From contig NC_043003.1 of assembly GCF_006345805.1 (NCBI RefSeq), forward strand, positions 29,760,001-29,824,000: a DNA stretch of 64,000 nucleotides, in the 5' to 3' direction. Positions 40,751-55,134 of the stretch are shown one piece after another. Source of the stretch: Octopus sinensis (taxonomy: Eukaryota). The translations under genes and the position numbers were made by a program. The stretch's first letter is position 1. Every line of letters starts with the position of its first letter. A model generated the notes under the pieces. The model was not told the origin of the DNA and searched no databases. It was given only the letters and a program-made list of their open reading frames with translations.

Positions 40751-41809
40751 ATGGGTTTCTTTCTACCAAATCCACTCACAAGGCTTTGGTTGGCCCAAAT
40801 CTATAGAAGACACTTGTCCAAGGTGCCATGCAATGGAACTGAACCTAGAACCATATAGTTGGGAAGCAAACTTCTTACCACACAGCCATGCCTGCACCTA
40901 TGGTACAGAGAGCAGTATTTCTTGTTTAAGGAGAACAATACAAGGTCTTGACTAAAGATGGACCAGTATCCTGTGAAAGTATGAACCCTTATCATCTCAA
41001 TGGTATTATAACACAGAAATCTAAAACTAATATTATATATTTGTGAAGAATCTATCTTCATGTAGTATATTTTCTTTTTGTCCAGTTTGTTATTAATTTT
41101 GTAATACTAATTTCAAATCTAGCCATGGTCAACTTTATCTTTCATCCTTTCATGTTAGAGCACCAAACAGGATACTTTATATTATTTGTTCCAGCTCTCT
41201 GTATTCTGGTACCAATACCTGCAACAACACTAGTGTGAAGCAGTGTCAGCTTTGCCTTTCTTTCAAAACAAAAACATGTGACATAGAGAAGAGAGACTAA
41301 CGAGCTTAGGTAACTGCTAGTGTTCCACAAAATCCTTGTCTAGGCTTGCACCTTGATACAGGTGCAGATATAGGGTCAAACCAGAGCAACAAAGGCCTTA
41401 GACATAATCAGTGTGTAGTATCTAAATACATCAATCATGCTAGAGTCACATATCAGCTCTAAGGAGGAGGGGAGGGGTATTCAAAATGTTGAGATATAAA
41501 CAGAGATGACCAGGTCATCATGTCAGGTATAAGTAGGAAAAAAAATAATATAATGATTAGAAATGGCAATTAGCAAGATGCTACAAAATCATTAGTCTAA
41601 ACACTAATCGTTGATCAATACTGAATCAAGGTAATAGACTGGCAAGAGTTGTTACTATGTTGGACAAAATGGTTTGTAGAGTTTAGTGTCAGCCCTTTGT
41701 TTTCAGTTGGAAGCCAGCTCATGCTGTTGCTGTACGGTTAAGAAGATTAAGGTTCAGTCTGATTGCATGGTATTGATAGCAGGAAACTGGAAGAAACTCA
41801 TTGTGCGTA

Positions 41810-41854
<45 letters not shown>

Positions 41855-42818
41855 CATTGTATAAAGATTTTAATCTAGGTGCCTAATTTGAATTGTGTGT
41901 ATGTGTGTGCATACCTTGTCTTAACATCATACAGGAGCAATGTTGTTCATTACTAGTCTTCCATGAAAAACATGCCTGGCCATGGGGAAATATGACTTTG
42001 CTTGAAAACAGGTGAGAGTTGATAACAGGAAGGGCGTCTGATCATAGAAAATCTGCCTCAATGAATTCCAACTGGCTCATGTAAGTATTGGAAAGTAAAA
42101 GAAAAGTTAAAACAACGATGATGATGAAATCTCAGTTTTTTTGCAAACAGACTATGGCCAGCACTTTAAAGGTGGATGAGGGTGTACACCACCAAAAGCC
42201 ACAATATTCCTCTAAAGATCAACAACCCAAGTTATTATAAGCAAAACAGAATCCAAGAACTCTGTATTAACTGATATGACAGTAAGTAAATATTATCATC
42301 ATCATTATCATCATTAGTTTACATCTGTATCTACATTGGCATGGGTTAGACAGTTCAATGGAGTCTAACAAGTCAAGGGTTGCATCATGTTCCAATGTCT
42401 CCATTTTACAATAGTTACTAACAGCATAATTATAGTTATTAATGACACAATTGTGTTCAAGTGAATGCGAAACCAATATTCTGAACATGTAATTTTATTG
42501 ACATTTGTTTATAAACTACTTATAAAATGAAAGTAAATAAAAAGATCCTAGTAACTTCTTGTAGACAGCAACAATAGATAACATCTTCAACTCACCTGAT
42601 AAGGTCTGTATTAATATAAAGAAACTATATTAATATAAAGAAACTAAATGTGTAATACCAACAGCTAACAGAAGAACATTACATATAATGGTTCTAATCT
42701 AAGTAGCAACTGTTTTTTGTGGGGAGAGGGTATTACCAAGAACTACATTGGACAATGTGTTCTTTTATGATCAAAAGCATTCCCGCCATGACCATTTGGG
42801 ATGGGGTGCATTATTTAA

Positions 42819-43998
42819 CACTAGAAGGATTATAAATTATAGGTTGTTTGCACCAACTGTAAAAAGACTAAACTACATACTGCCTATAAGGATCACACAT
42901 GTCAATTGGTGCATTGGCAACTTTTGAAACTTGCACCTACTTTTCTATATTGATACATGTGACAATGTTTTAGATATTCAGTAATTGCATAGCCTTTACA
43001 GCTTTCAAAACAAAATTGCAGTTTAATCTGCACAATTCATTAGAATAGAAGAGAATTACCAGAAGCAGTAAAACAGGTGAAACCACTCCATGAAACTGTG
43101 GTTTTGAAATCTACAGAGAAGCCTACTGTCACACTTAAATTGTACCAGTGCAAAAAATCAAAGTCTGTTGTTCTTTTGAGTACCATACATCAACAAGTAT
43201 AAGTTTCTTCTAGAAATAACCCCAAGAAGAAGCCCGACACCATACTTTTTTATAACAAAAATGATGTAGATGTATTTGATCAAATAGTAAGGCTTTATTC
43301 AATCAAAGCAAGCAGTGGATGACGGCCAATGCACATGTTTTTTTTTTTAATAATATTTTGGATGTTGCTCTTATAAACAGCTGGGTAATATACACAAGTG
43401 TTTGCAACCCAGTCATTAGTTGACGAGAATATATTCAAAGAGTTACTGGAAAACTTTGTGGTGATTCACTTCACAGTCATTCATGTACTATCAGATATCC
43501 TATTGAGGAAACATCTACCACTAGAAATAAAGTCAGATGTACATGTGTGAAAACAAAACGCAGAAACAGAACCACAGAAATATATGGAGTCTGTAAAAAA
43601 CCTCTGTATGACAAATGTGTGCTAAAATGTTGTGATGAACATTTACATTTTCTATAAATTTCTTTTTATTTTGTAAGGAAAAACTTCTTTCAAAATATCA
43701 AACTATTGTGACTACAATCACATGAAGTCATAAAATTCAATAGATTTATACATTTAATAAAAGTTTTCTGCCTCTCTTTTTCTTTTTCCTTTCAAATTGG
43801 AAAATATCTGCGCATCAATTGACGCATTATCCTCATCATCATCATTCAACATCCGCTTTCCATGCTAGCATGGGTTGGATGATTTAACTGAGGACTGGCG
43901 AACCAGATGGCTGCACTAGGCTCCAATCTGATCTGGCAGAGTTTCTACAGCTGCATTCTAGTCCTTAAAGGTAGGTGAAAAGTCTGATCTTCCTAGTG
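42819..43998 (+). mobile_element. Internally deleted piggyBac (C-terminal transposase remnant) with a SINE fragment inserted at about 43830-43935
   Basis: TTAA|CACTAGAAGG ... cttcctagtg|TTAA. Subterminal inverted gtcaattg(g/a)tgc motifs. Reads KSKSVVLLST..KKKPDTILFYNK..VDVFDQ..YS..NILDVALINSWVIY, followed by a Cys-rich tail. Confidence 0.85.
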
Positions 43999-46493
43999 TT
44001 AATGTATTCTTTCTTAATAAGATGGTATGGTGTAATTGATGGAGATTTAGCTGTTGTTCTCAGCAAGCCAAACAACTACATACAGGCTCATCTATTGGTT
44101 TACAAAGCTGGAATTTTTTTTAACAGCTTTCCCAGGGTCAGTAATTAGACAAGTAAAATTGTCTCAAACAAGACTTGAAATCACGGCACAAAGTTCTGGT
44201 GGCCATTGACTTTCTTTATCATAACATTTATGAACCAATATTATTACAATGGTTTCTGAAATAGTTTATCCTGGTTTTGATAGCATGAAGTCATTCAATA
44301 ACATTTTCTAGAATGTCAGTCTATTGTAGGTTTGATTTAGGGGGCAATTTGAATTGAAAACCATTAGTTAACAAAACACTCTGCTTTTATATGGTATCCC
44401 TGTTGGTTGTAGTCATGTACCACACCTACTTACGATATTTATTTAATTTTGGATGAATTGTGGGCTGAAAACTGAGAGCTAACAAAACACCCTGCTTTCA
44501 TACAGTGTCCCAGCTGTTTGCAGTGACATACTGTTCAAATGTCAATAAACTAGGTCATAAACACAGCACCATTATGGAATAAGACACAGGACCTTTGACC
44601 TCAGTCTATGGACAAACCAACTGGTAACTTTACCATCTACAACCTGTCAGTCATATGACCTGCCTGAGAAACAAAACACACTAATAAACACAAATTGTTC
44701 TTAACATCTGTCTTTGAAAATGAAAGAAATTAGATATCATAGTCCTAAATTATCAACTATGTCTGGGAAAAAGAGTGGATGGTTATGGTTGAAATGACTT
44801 TCAATAATAGGTTTGTTTTATTAAAAGTGACCTTGGAATAAACAACATCCCCTGTTAATTGCCTCCTCCCCTACGACTTTCTTTAATTGCATTGTTGTTC
44901 AACTCCAGGTCAGTCTTGATGAAGCAGACCTGTGATCAAACGCATTTCACTCATAACCATCCTGTCTTTTCCCTTTGTACAGAGAACACAGGACCACATA
45001 TCCAGTATGTCTCTTTCTGATTTGAGAGAGGTTTTGCTGCTACTTCTAGCATATCAAGTAACTATGCAGAGGTTTGTTCTGGGATTGTTGTTGGACATAA
45101 GGAGTATGCTGGAAAATGAAGAGGACACTGCACATAAGAGGTGACAAACATCTCAACCAATCAAAATAGTTGTAAGTAGGCCAGCATTAAACTACAAAGC
45201 TAATGTTTGATACTTTCAGACTTGTGTACTTAGGTTTCTATCTTTGTTAGTGGTAGTGTAAAATAAACTACTATTATGACTAACAATTGGAATAGAACTG
45301 GTAGGGATCTATAGTATGAGATTGAAAGGACAAAACTGAAGGGGTTAGAACTAACTATTGATCTAAACAACCCATGAACTATTTAAACTGTGTTGTGACC
45401 TTAATCAAGCAGACCTATGCACAAAGGAAGTCCAGTCATGACCAGCTCACTTATTTGTTAAGAATAGTGTATTCAGACAACATCATAATCGATATCCTAT
45501 TTAAGAGAATAGGTTGTGGTTTGAGAGACAATGGTTGCTATTTCCAGCATGTCAGAGTTTGATATTTGAATTTTGTGGCTTGGGTCAATGGAAACTAAAT
45601 TTTAAACTAATGTCTGTATGACCTTTCTTTTAATTATTAGGTTAGAATACATTCACCAACAGCTGCTATTTTAGTTATTACTAGCTGTTACACTTGTGGC
45701 AAAAGAGTTGTTATTATTATTACTACTGTAGATGCACTTATTACAATAACAGTCTTGGCAGTAGTGCTGCAGCAGTTGTATCTCAATCTGCAGGTTTCTA
45801 GCTGATGCATTTTTACACAATCTTCTGTAACCTGTTTTTATGTCAACAGCTGGTATATATCACCTCACTTCCCTATATATGTCTCTTTGCACAAACACAC
45901 ACACTCTCTCTTTCTCTCCCTCATGCTTTCCTCCTTCCACTCCCTCTTATTCTCACCCACTCATCCTTTCCTCTCTCCCTTCCACTTACATACACTTTCC
46001 TTTCTATTGTAGAATGGTGATTCCATGTGAGAAGTCTATTTATTCCAGTTGTCTCATGACAATAGACGGACCAAGAGGAGGAACCTGTACTGTACTGAAG
46101 AGGAATACATTGCTAGACTGTATAATGGTAACCAGAAAGATTAACACCAGCTAAACATTTATTGATATATATGCAGGAGGAGGAACAGTCCAATTGGTAT
46201 GGTCATGCAGTGATATTATAATACCTTTAGGATTAGATTTTGCTTATAGAAATATTTTCCACCACAATCATCATCATCAACACCAATAGATATAGAAACT
46301 ATCTAACACACCTCATGTAGGCCATTTTGTTTCAGGTTCATCATGACCAACATTTTTCATAATAGCACAAATTAAACTGGCTAATAACATTCAGCACCTC
46401 TTACTGTATCTCACTGCTTCATTATTTCATCTTTGGGGCCCAGTGTTCTGAGATATGACCTAACTACTCTATTCATGAAAGTGTCGTACATCA

Positions 46494-46751
46494 TCTCACT
46501 CAATATGCCATTGTATATCCATCCTTACAGATGTCCTGTTTTCTATCCAACCTCGCCAGCATCCCAATGTGTATCAAATCCTCACTGACAGACTGTTGCA
46601 TATTCATCTTCACTAATATCCCGTTGTATATCTGACCATCACTGACATCCTGTTGTATATCTGACCCTCACTAATGTACAGTTGTATGACGAATCATCAC
46701 TGACACAGAGTTGTACATCCAACCCTCACTAACATACAGTTGTATATCCAA
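46494..46751. repeat. Degenerate 29-bp minisatellite, about 9 units
   Basis: Units such as ccatcactgacatcctgttgtatatctga and ccctcactaatgtacagttgtatgacgaa. Confidence 0.8.
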
Positions 46752-46960
46752 CCCCCATTCAGTTTAAGAATATACATAAAAGAAAAAGAATGAAACTCAA
46801 ACTAGTGCGAGTCAGTCGGAACTGTACCTACTTTATTAATTCATTCCAGTACACTATCAGCATTATAATGGCTTTTTCAAAAACTTCCAGTCACATTTCT
46901 AAGCACATTTATATTTCTTTCCTATTAAGTTCATGCCTGCTCCACCCCCCACTTCCCCAG

Positions 46961-46993
<33 letters not shown>

Positions 46994-49829
46994 GCTTCAT
47001 TGTGTAAGTGTTGTGCAACAATAGGAACTAGTCCTGTTTCTTTCTTAGTTTTAAAAATTTAACATCAATAACAATGCTGCCACCATCTATCGTACTCAAT
47101 GATGATCATCAGCACCACCTTCATTGTCAATATTAATATTACAGTCAACAAGACTGAGTCCCATGGCAACATACATCAGCATTGTCACTAATATCTTCAT
47201 TAGCACAACAATGATTACTCTCACCATCACCACTATTGCTGTTAATAGAAAGGACACCACCACCAGCAACAGCAGTGTTACTACAAAATGGTCTATGTAT
47301 AAATAACTTTATAAATTTCAGCTAGAGGAGGTGCATGAGATATTTTTAAATTCAATGCATATTTAATTAGCTTTTTAATATTATTAATAAAAAATGGAAA
47401 TCAACAATGTTGTTCTTATGGCTTTTATAGTTATTGGTATTAGCATTCTTATATGAAACAAAAGAACTAAACAACAAAAATAACACAAATTGGTTTCAGT
47501 CACTGCTAAAACATTTAGTATTTAGGTCAGACATTGCTATATTTTTAGTCTGTTGAGCATTACATAATTACCAACCACACTGGCTGTAAACATTGAACTA
47601 TTTTGACTACTTGCACCTCACCATCATGGGGTCAGATCTTGCTACATCTGTTAAGTTTCTTTCTGTGAAACTCCATTTCATGAGTGAGTGATTTGGTCAA
47701 TATTAGAAATGACAGCTAATGAAAGCAATTGGCTGACAACAATTGCACGCATCATCTATAAATCTGAAAATTCCCTTTTGTGTTTGATAGAAAATGTACC
47801 ATGCAAGGTGATTACAGTCTCAGAATTGACTTCTTTCCAGTTACAGATTTGACCTCATCATCTCTTTCTTGGTTTGTTTCTGATATAGATACATGTCTTA
47901 AACTGGAAAGGTACTTCATTATTTAAGCAACAAGTGCTTCATGTTTATATAAAGTATCCATACCAAAACAGCCACTTTTCCTACTCAACCAAATGCGCTT
48001 ACAGGAAAAGCAAATGCAAAACAAAATAAGAATATTAGTCATGATAGAATTAATCCTCATTAAGCCAGTTCACCAAATTAATAATAAGTTTCTAATATAG
48101 GTACAAAGCTTGAAATTTGGAGAAGAGGCTAGTCAATTGCATCTAACCTGATACTTAACTTTATTGATCCTAGAAGGAGGAAGGCAAAGTTGACTTCAGT
48201 TGGATTTGAACTCAGAATGTAAGTCAGAACAAATACCACATGGCATTTTGTCCAATACTCTAATGATACTGCCAATCCACGTCCAATAATAATGATTATT
48301 TCTAATTTAGGCACAAGGTCAGCAACTTGGGAGGGGGGTTCTAAGTTGATACTGATGACCCAGCACTTGATTGGTACTGGATTTTATTGCCCCTGAAAGT
48401 ATGAAAGGGACAATTAACCTTGTTGGGATTTGAAACAAAATGATAAAGAGTGGAAAGAGGTACCACAAGACATTCTCTTCAACATTCTGATTCTACCATT
48501 AATAATAATAATAATAATTCTTTCTACTAAGAGCATAAGGCCTGAAATTTGGAGGAAAGAGATAAGCCAATTACATCGACCCCAGTGCTTGACTGGTACT
48601 TAATTTATCAACCCCAAAAGGATGAAAAGCAAAGTTAACCTTGGTGGAATTTGAACTCAGAGTATAAAGAAAGATGAAGTGCTGCTTTTTCCCAGCGTGC
48701 TAATGATTCTACCAACAAAAGTCATGGAACAACTGGAGATGGTGTTACAAAACCCATCCGATCTATAGAAGTAATGACTACGGGTGAGGGCGGTATGATA
48801 TTTATACTGCTATGTAGATTATCTCCAATATCACTTACTTGGCTAGAGATCTTTTACTTTAAAACAAGATTTTCCTCTGAGAATCACTTCTTCCTTGAAT
48901 CTAAGAACATTTGATGAAAGAAAAAAGTTGTTTCCATCATCTCCTCTATGAGACCTGCTGCTACAACTAACAGCAAGCATGACATTAAATAGATTAATGA
49001 ATTAACTATTGAAACAATCTAACATCTGGAAAATATTTTTAAAAAAATTTTCAACATATATATATATATATAACGTATTAACCATCAAGCATAAATGCAT
49101 AAGTTTAACAGCTGGTATAGGTCTGTCAGATCAGACCTAGAATTATCACACAGCTACTGAGTAGTTAACTACTGGAGGGTATATTATACAGAAATATAAT
49201 ATTACATAAACTCCCAAGAGACCAAAGGAGTATCAGACAACTGTAGAAGCTTCATTCACAACAAAATCAGTTGAAAATAAAGTGTTGTACTTTATCTTTT
49301 CTCTTACATGTCATTTAATTGCCCAACACTTAAAAGATTTTTTTTTACGCAGTGTATTTGGACTTGCACTCATCTAGCAAGTGACTGTGTTGAAACTGAA
49401 GCACATTTAACAACTCCATGTGTCAACACTTTTGTTACCATACTGTCATTGAAAAACACTGCTTTTTGCCTTTTTCACCATTAACTTTGAAAATAATAAA
49501 TAGGTGCAGGCATGGTTGCGTGGTTAAGAAGTTGATTTCCCAACAAAATAGTTTCAGGCACAGTCCCACAGCAAACCTTTACAATGTTTACAGTTGTCAT
49601 TGTTTAGCACCAAGCCCACCCAGATTGAGCTGGCAAATGATCAACAGTGTTACAGCTGTGACAATTTAATCTAATATTCAGACATAATATATCTAGGATT
49701 ATATTACAGAATGATTTAATGTTTCCTTCCAGGTTTAATTCTTTTGTTACTATATTTCCATTGAGATATACTATCTTTGTTTCAATTTTCATAATTAAGG
49801 AGAATATAATAAAATAACTTTGTCATAAT

Positions 49830-50226
49830 AGGCGCAGGAGTGGCTGTGTGGTAAGTAGCTTGTTTACCAACCACATGGTTCCGGGTTCAGTCCTACTGCG
49901 TGGCACCTTGGGCAAGTGTCTTCTACTATAGCCTCGGGCCGACCAAAGCCTTGTGAGTGGATTTGGTAGACAGAAACTGAAAGAAGCCTGTCGTATATAT
50001 GTATATGCGTGTGTGTGTTTGTGTGTCTGTGTTTGTCCCCCTAGCATTGCTTGACAACTGATGCTGGTGTGTTTATGTCCCCGTTACTTAGCGGTTCGGC
50101 AAAAGAGACCGATAGAATAAGTACTGAGCTTACAAAAAGAATAAGTCCCGGGGTCGAGTTGCTCGATTAAAGGCAGTGCTCCAGCATGGCCACAGTCAAA
50201 TGACTGAAACAAGTAAAAGAGTAAGA
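49830..50226 (+). mobile_element. Full-length tRNA-derived bipartite SINE
   Basis: Near-identical to 25248-25650. Confidence 0.9.
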
Positions 50227-53183
50227 GTAATTAAGCTGATGTTTGGAGCAAATGACCATGTAATCTTGATGGAAGATTTTAATTTTGATCACTTTAAAAC
50301 AGGAAGTTGGTGTCATAGAACCAAGGATGGTATTAAAAAGGTTAAGATGGTAGTATAACTAGGGGAGATTTGGCTGCTATTTCTAGCAATTCAAACAAGC
50401 CCCTCATCTAACTTCTGAGGTTTTTTCTTTTGAAAATGTGTTTTATGGTTGGCAACCTTCCTTTGTGCCTTATCACATGAGAACAAAATGGGATTGATAG
50501 TTTTTTTGGTTTATTCATTCTGTTTTTGTGTTTGGCTAAATTGTTTGGTTGACCTCATCCCTAGTAGTCCAGCAACTATGAACACACAACAGCTGTACTT
50601 TTAGTTTAACTGACCATTAATTCTTAATACTGAACTAATATGTAATCACTCACAAACATTTTGATGGCAGTCAAAGTATTTTGTTACAGATAATTTTTTT
50701 TTTTAAGTTCCCTGACCTCAGGCCTAAGTAGTGAATAGATTTATTGACCATTCACACTATACTTTGACCATTGCTTCAAACAGACATTTAAAAGTCTTCC
50801 TTAGTTCTCTGCTTGAGATCAACAACTTATCTATCAAGCTCATTCTTATAGTCTAACTGGATATTAAGATTTTGTGCTTACCTTTTTTTAAACTTGCATT
50901 TGCTGGCAGTACACAGCATAATAGCTTCCATTATATTATAAATAACTATATTCTGTTACAGCAAGAACCTTTTTAGGCATTTAATAACATACAAAGCTAT
51001 TAACTCTTTTGATACCAAAATGCCTGACTGCTCCTGGTTCTGATGCATCTTCCTATTTTAAATTGTTTTAGATTTTAAAAAAAATCTTCCATCAAAATTT
51101 CATGTTAATGTTCCAAACATGAACTTCAAAATTAAAGATTTTCAAATTTAATTGTAACAAAGACTGTATTTTAACAGCAATGCTTTTAGTTTCTCAATTC
51201 ATGTGAATCTTCATATAGATTTTATGTGAGATGTAGTGTTTTACAAAGTGAAATTGTTGAGAAGTTCACTTTTTAGGCAACATCATTCCTCAGTGGGTTT
51301 GTAGCCTGGCTGAAGCTTTCAAATTTAACATCATACAAGAACCATCTCTAACCACTTAACTTTTTTGGTATCAACCCACCTCAGCCTGCCCTCCCTGGTT
51401 CTATGATACAAATATACTGTTTTGAAGGGATTTAAATTAAAACCTTCCATCAGAGTTTATATGTCATTTTATGTTCCAAACACCAGCTTGATAAAGAAAG
51501 CTATTTTATTTCCATGCTTGCATGGGTTGAATAAAGTTTATTCAGGCAGCTTTTCTATAGCCAGATGCCCTTCCTGTTACCAAGCAATGTAATATTTCAC
51601 CATGGCCAAACATCTTTTTGCAGATTATTGACAATGAATGACATTGCTTGCATGATAGTGACACTCATAACTATCATGTGATGTCAAAACTAGGAGTTGC
51701 AAACATACACACATATACAAATATATTATTATTTCCCTTAGGCATAGAGATATTAATAACCTGATGTCAGAATTCAATATACATATGCTTCAGAACAAAG
51801 CATCAGTTGAGTATAGAGCAGTAATAAGAAATTAAAATGACAAAGAAACAAGAAATTACGTCATGAACTTTATGAGTTTACAGCCACTCCTGCTTTAAGA
51901 TGCAATAGAGTGATACACAAATGCTCAACTATGAGTGTATAGTTTCTTATAGCAGAAACAGCTGTAAGCTAATGAAGTTCATGACAATTTTTTTATTTCA
52001 TTTTCATTTTAATTTATATATAATATATTCCAAACTTGTTCCAGTTTCTGCCAACCAAATCCACTCACAAGAATTTGGTCAACCCAGGGCCATAGTAGAA
52101 GAGATGTGCCCAAGGTACCACACAGCCATGCGCCTGCACAAATATAACTATGTTTCTTTGTATTAATATTCAAATAGCGGCAGACCTTGCTATCAATTTC
52201 CTACTTCAATGTTAATGATTAAAACACTTGAGTATTGCTGTTGTTGTTGTTATGGTAGTAATAGTTGCTATTGCTGTCTCAACAGGAAGCAGAATTAATG
52301 AGTGTTCCTATGTAACATTGATAAGTGTGCGCGCGTATGTATGTGTGTATGCATACATGCGTCTTAATTATGTTCTTGTGGTTAAATATGTAGCTATATT
52401 AGTGTGTTTACCATTTGTTGATGCAGACCATGAGTTTTCTTAAATACTGATGTTTCAGACATCTGCGTGTGCATGTAGATGAGTGTATATGTATTCATGT
52501 GTGTGTATTTATAAATAACAATACTAGAGTTTATTAACATAAGAGTAGGAAATTGGTAGTTTGAGTAATAGGAAGAAATATAATGTATGTTTGTGTGCAT
52601 GTGTGTGTATATGTGCATGTATACATACATACATATATATATATATAGCTAAGAGACAATAACTCCAAAGAGACCACTGACATGAACTTAGATTACGAAG
52701 TCAATGGGGAATATACTGAATATTGTATATGATAAATTCTTAATTCATTAAAACTTCTCTTCTGGACAGAGAAAGCAAGCAAAAGCCTAGTGATCATCGC
52801 TAGCAACTGTGAATGAGAAGAAGAGACAATTTTAAGAAATTAGCAAATTTCAAAGTTGAATTAACATTCTTAAGAAAAAAAAACAGTTTGATTTTTACTT
52901 CAGAGAAGAGGGAGAGCTTTTCAGGCTCGGTTTGGCCACAAAGACAAATCATTAACATCATTGCATCACCATTTGTTATCTACTTTCTATGTCTGCAGTG
53001 TTTAGGTGTTGGACAGCTCATTGCTACATTCTGAGAAGGACTGGAGTACCAAATCTCACTGGTAAATATTACTTCTTGTTTGGATTCTATGGCTGGTTGC
53101 CTTTATTAACACCAGCCACCTTACCTGGTTTTTTCATGGCACCAGCTCCAAGGAGATTGCCATGTCTTCAACACGACCAAAGG

Positions 53184-53253
53184 AAATATACCCAGTGCAA
53201 TCTGTTAAGTGTGGGGTTGATTCCACACTTAACTGATTACACTGGGTATATTT
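53184..53253. repeat. 70-nt hairpin (31-bp arms, 2 mismatches, 8-nt loop)
   Basis: aaatatacccagtgcaatctgttaagtgtgg-ggttgatt-ccacacttaactgattacactgggtatattt. Confidence 0.9.
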
Positions 53254-53984
53254 TACATGGTACAAGCTCTGGAGAAGGTAGGGGTGAGATGTGAAGAATA
53301 AGTAAGAAGTGGATAAATGATGAAGGTGGATGAGGATTGTCAACACCAAATGGCCTAAGAAGGAGTATAGGTAAAATGTATGAAGTATATGCATATGTGG
53401 TGATGTCCCTTAATCAAATGTCTCACGAAAGGTGAGCAAAGGCTTTAAGGACATGAGAGAAGGGATGGAATGTCTGTGAGATGATCATATAGGAGCAGTG
53501 AATCATATTGGTACATGCATGTGTATGTACATGTGTGCATGTGTAAGTATGTGTATGTATGTAAAAAAGTGAGAGAGGTGTGGTGGAGTGTTTATGAGAG
53601 GATCATAATTATACATCCTCAATTATACTGGAAATACTATGTTGAAAAGAGATGATCAACTGCTCACTTAAGTCACGCTGGTAGCATAGTACAGTAAGAC
53701 AGAAGAAAACTATAACTGAGAAATGACCAATAAGGGGCATAAGAGATAAAGGCTTGAGCAATCATGACTTGTGTGCATGTGTGTGTAGATTTTCTACTTG
53801 GCAAGCACTGACACTCAACCTACCCACGCATGCATGGAAGATGGACATTAAAGGATGATGAGGATGAGGATGATATATAACCAAGCTTTTTGGATTGGTA
53901 TGGTGCAATGACCTCGTATTCATTGAGCTCTTAATTACCATAGATTAATTCTCTCTCTCACTTTGTATGTGTGTGTGTATATAT

Positions 53985-54645
53985 ATCATCATCATCATCA
54001 TCGTTTAACGTCCGCTTTCCATGCTAGCATGGGTTGGACGGTTCAACTGGGGTCTGGCAAGCCCGAAGGCTGCACCAGGCCAGTCAGATCTGGCAGTGTT
54101 TCTACAGCTGGATGCCCTTCCTAACGCCAACCACTCCGAGAGTGTAGTGGGTGATTTTATGTGCCACACGAGGCTGGCAGACGGCCACGCTCGGATGGTG
54201 TTTTTTATGTGCCACCGACACAGGTGCCAGACAAGGCTGGCAGACGACCACGCTCGGATGGTGTTTTTTATGTGCCACCGACACAGGTGCCAGACGAGGC
54301 TGGCAGACGGCCACGCTCGGATGGTGTTTTCTTATGTGTCACCGGCAAAGGTGCCAGACGAGGCTTGCGAACTCGGATGGTGTTTGTTACGTGCCCTCAG
54401 CACGGAGGCCAGTCGATGCGGTACTGGCTACGGTCACGTTCAGATGGTTTTCTTATGTGCCACCGGCACTGGTACCATAAAGGATACAAATTCCATTGAT
54501 GTACATCTATTTTGATTTGGTTTTGATTTTGATTTTCATTTGCCTCAACAGGTCTTCTCAAGTGTCACAATAAGGAAGGTATGCACAGGTGGACTGACTA
54601 CGTCCCAGGTAGGGGCCACGGGATATGGCTTCACTAGTCTTGCCG
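53985..54645 (-). mobile_element. RTE-tailed SINE-like element, unamplified relative of 31043-32550
   Basis: The same head module, 62-bp units and (GAT)n tail, in reverse orientation. Confidence 0.85.
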
Positions 54646-54654
54646 GGTCTTCTC

Positions 54655-54687
<33 letters not shown>

Positions 54688-55134
54688 TATATATATACAC
54701 ACATACTTGCACACATATACATATATTTGTGTCTGTGAGTATATAGTATGTATGTATATATTTTTACATATAAATTTGTATTTGTGATGAGTAATGTGTA
54801 TGCATTATATACACAATCTGAAAATCTTTTCAAAGTTCAAGAATTTCATAATGGTAGCCAAGAATGAAGTCAATGAAAGTGTGTGAGAGGGGAAGATGAA
54901 ACAAAAACATTGCTAAATAATCCTACATCTTGCTGCTTTGTTCAGCCCCAAGGTGGTATTGACCAAGCAAACCTATGATCATTCAGACAGATGATATACG
55001 CTGCCACTGTTTCAATTAATTTTGAAAAATGAAGAATTTAGTAAAATATCTTTGTGGGTGAATTTGGTACAAGGAATCTGAAAGAAGCCCATATATACAT
55101 AGACATCATACATACATACATACATATTTATATA

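Noticed and set aside
44433-44463. 31-nt micro-exon candidate with a GTAAGTA donor
   Set aside because: It does not begin with the G needed to complete the Trp codon; chance splice-like signals are common in this DNA.
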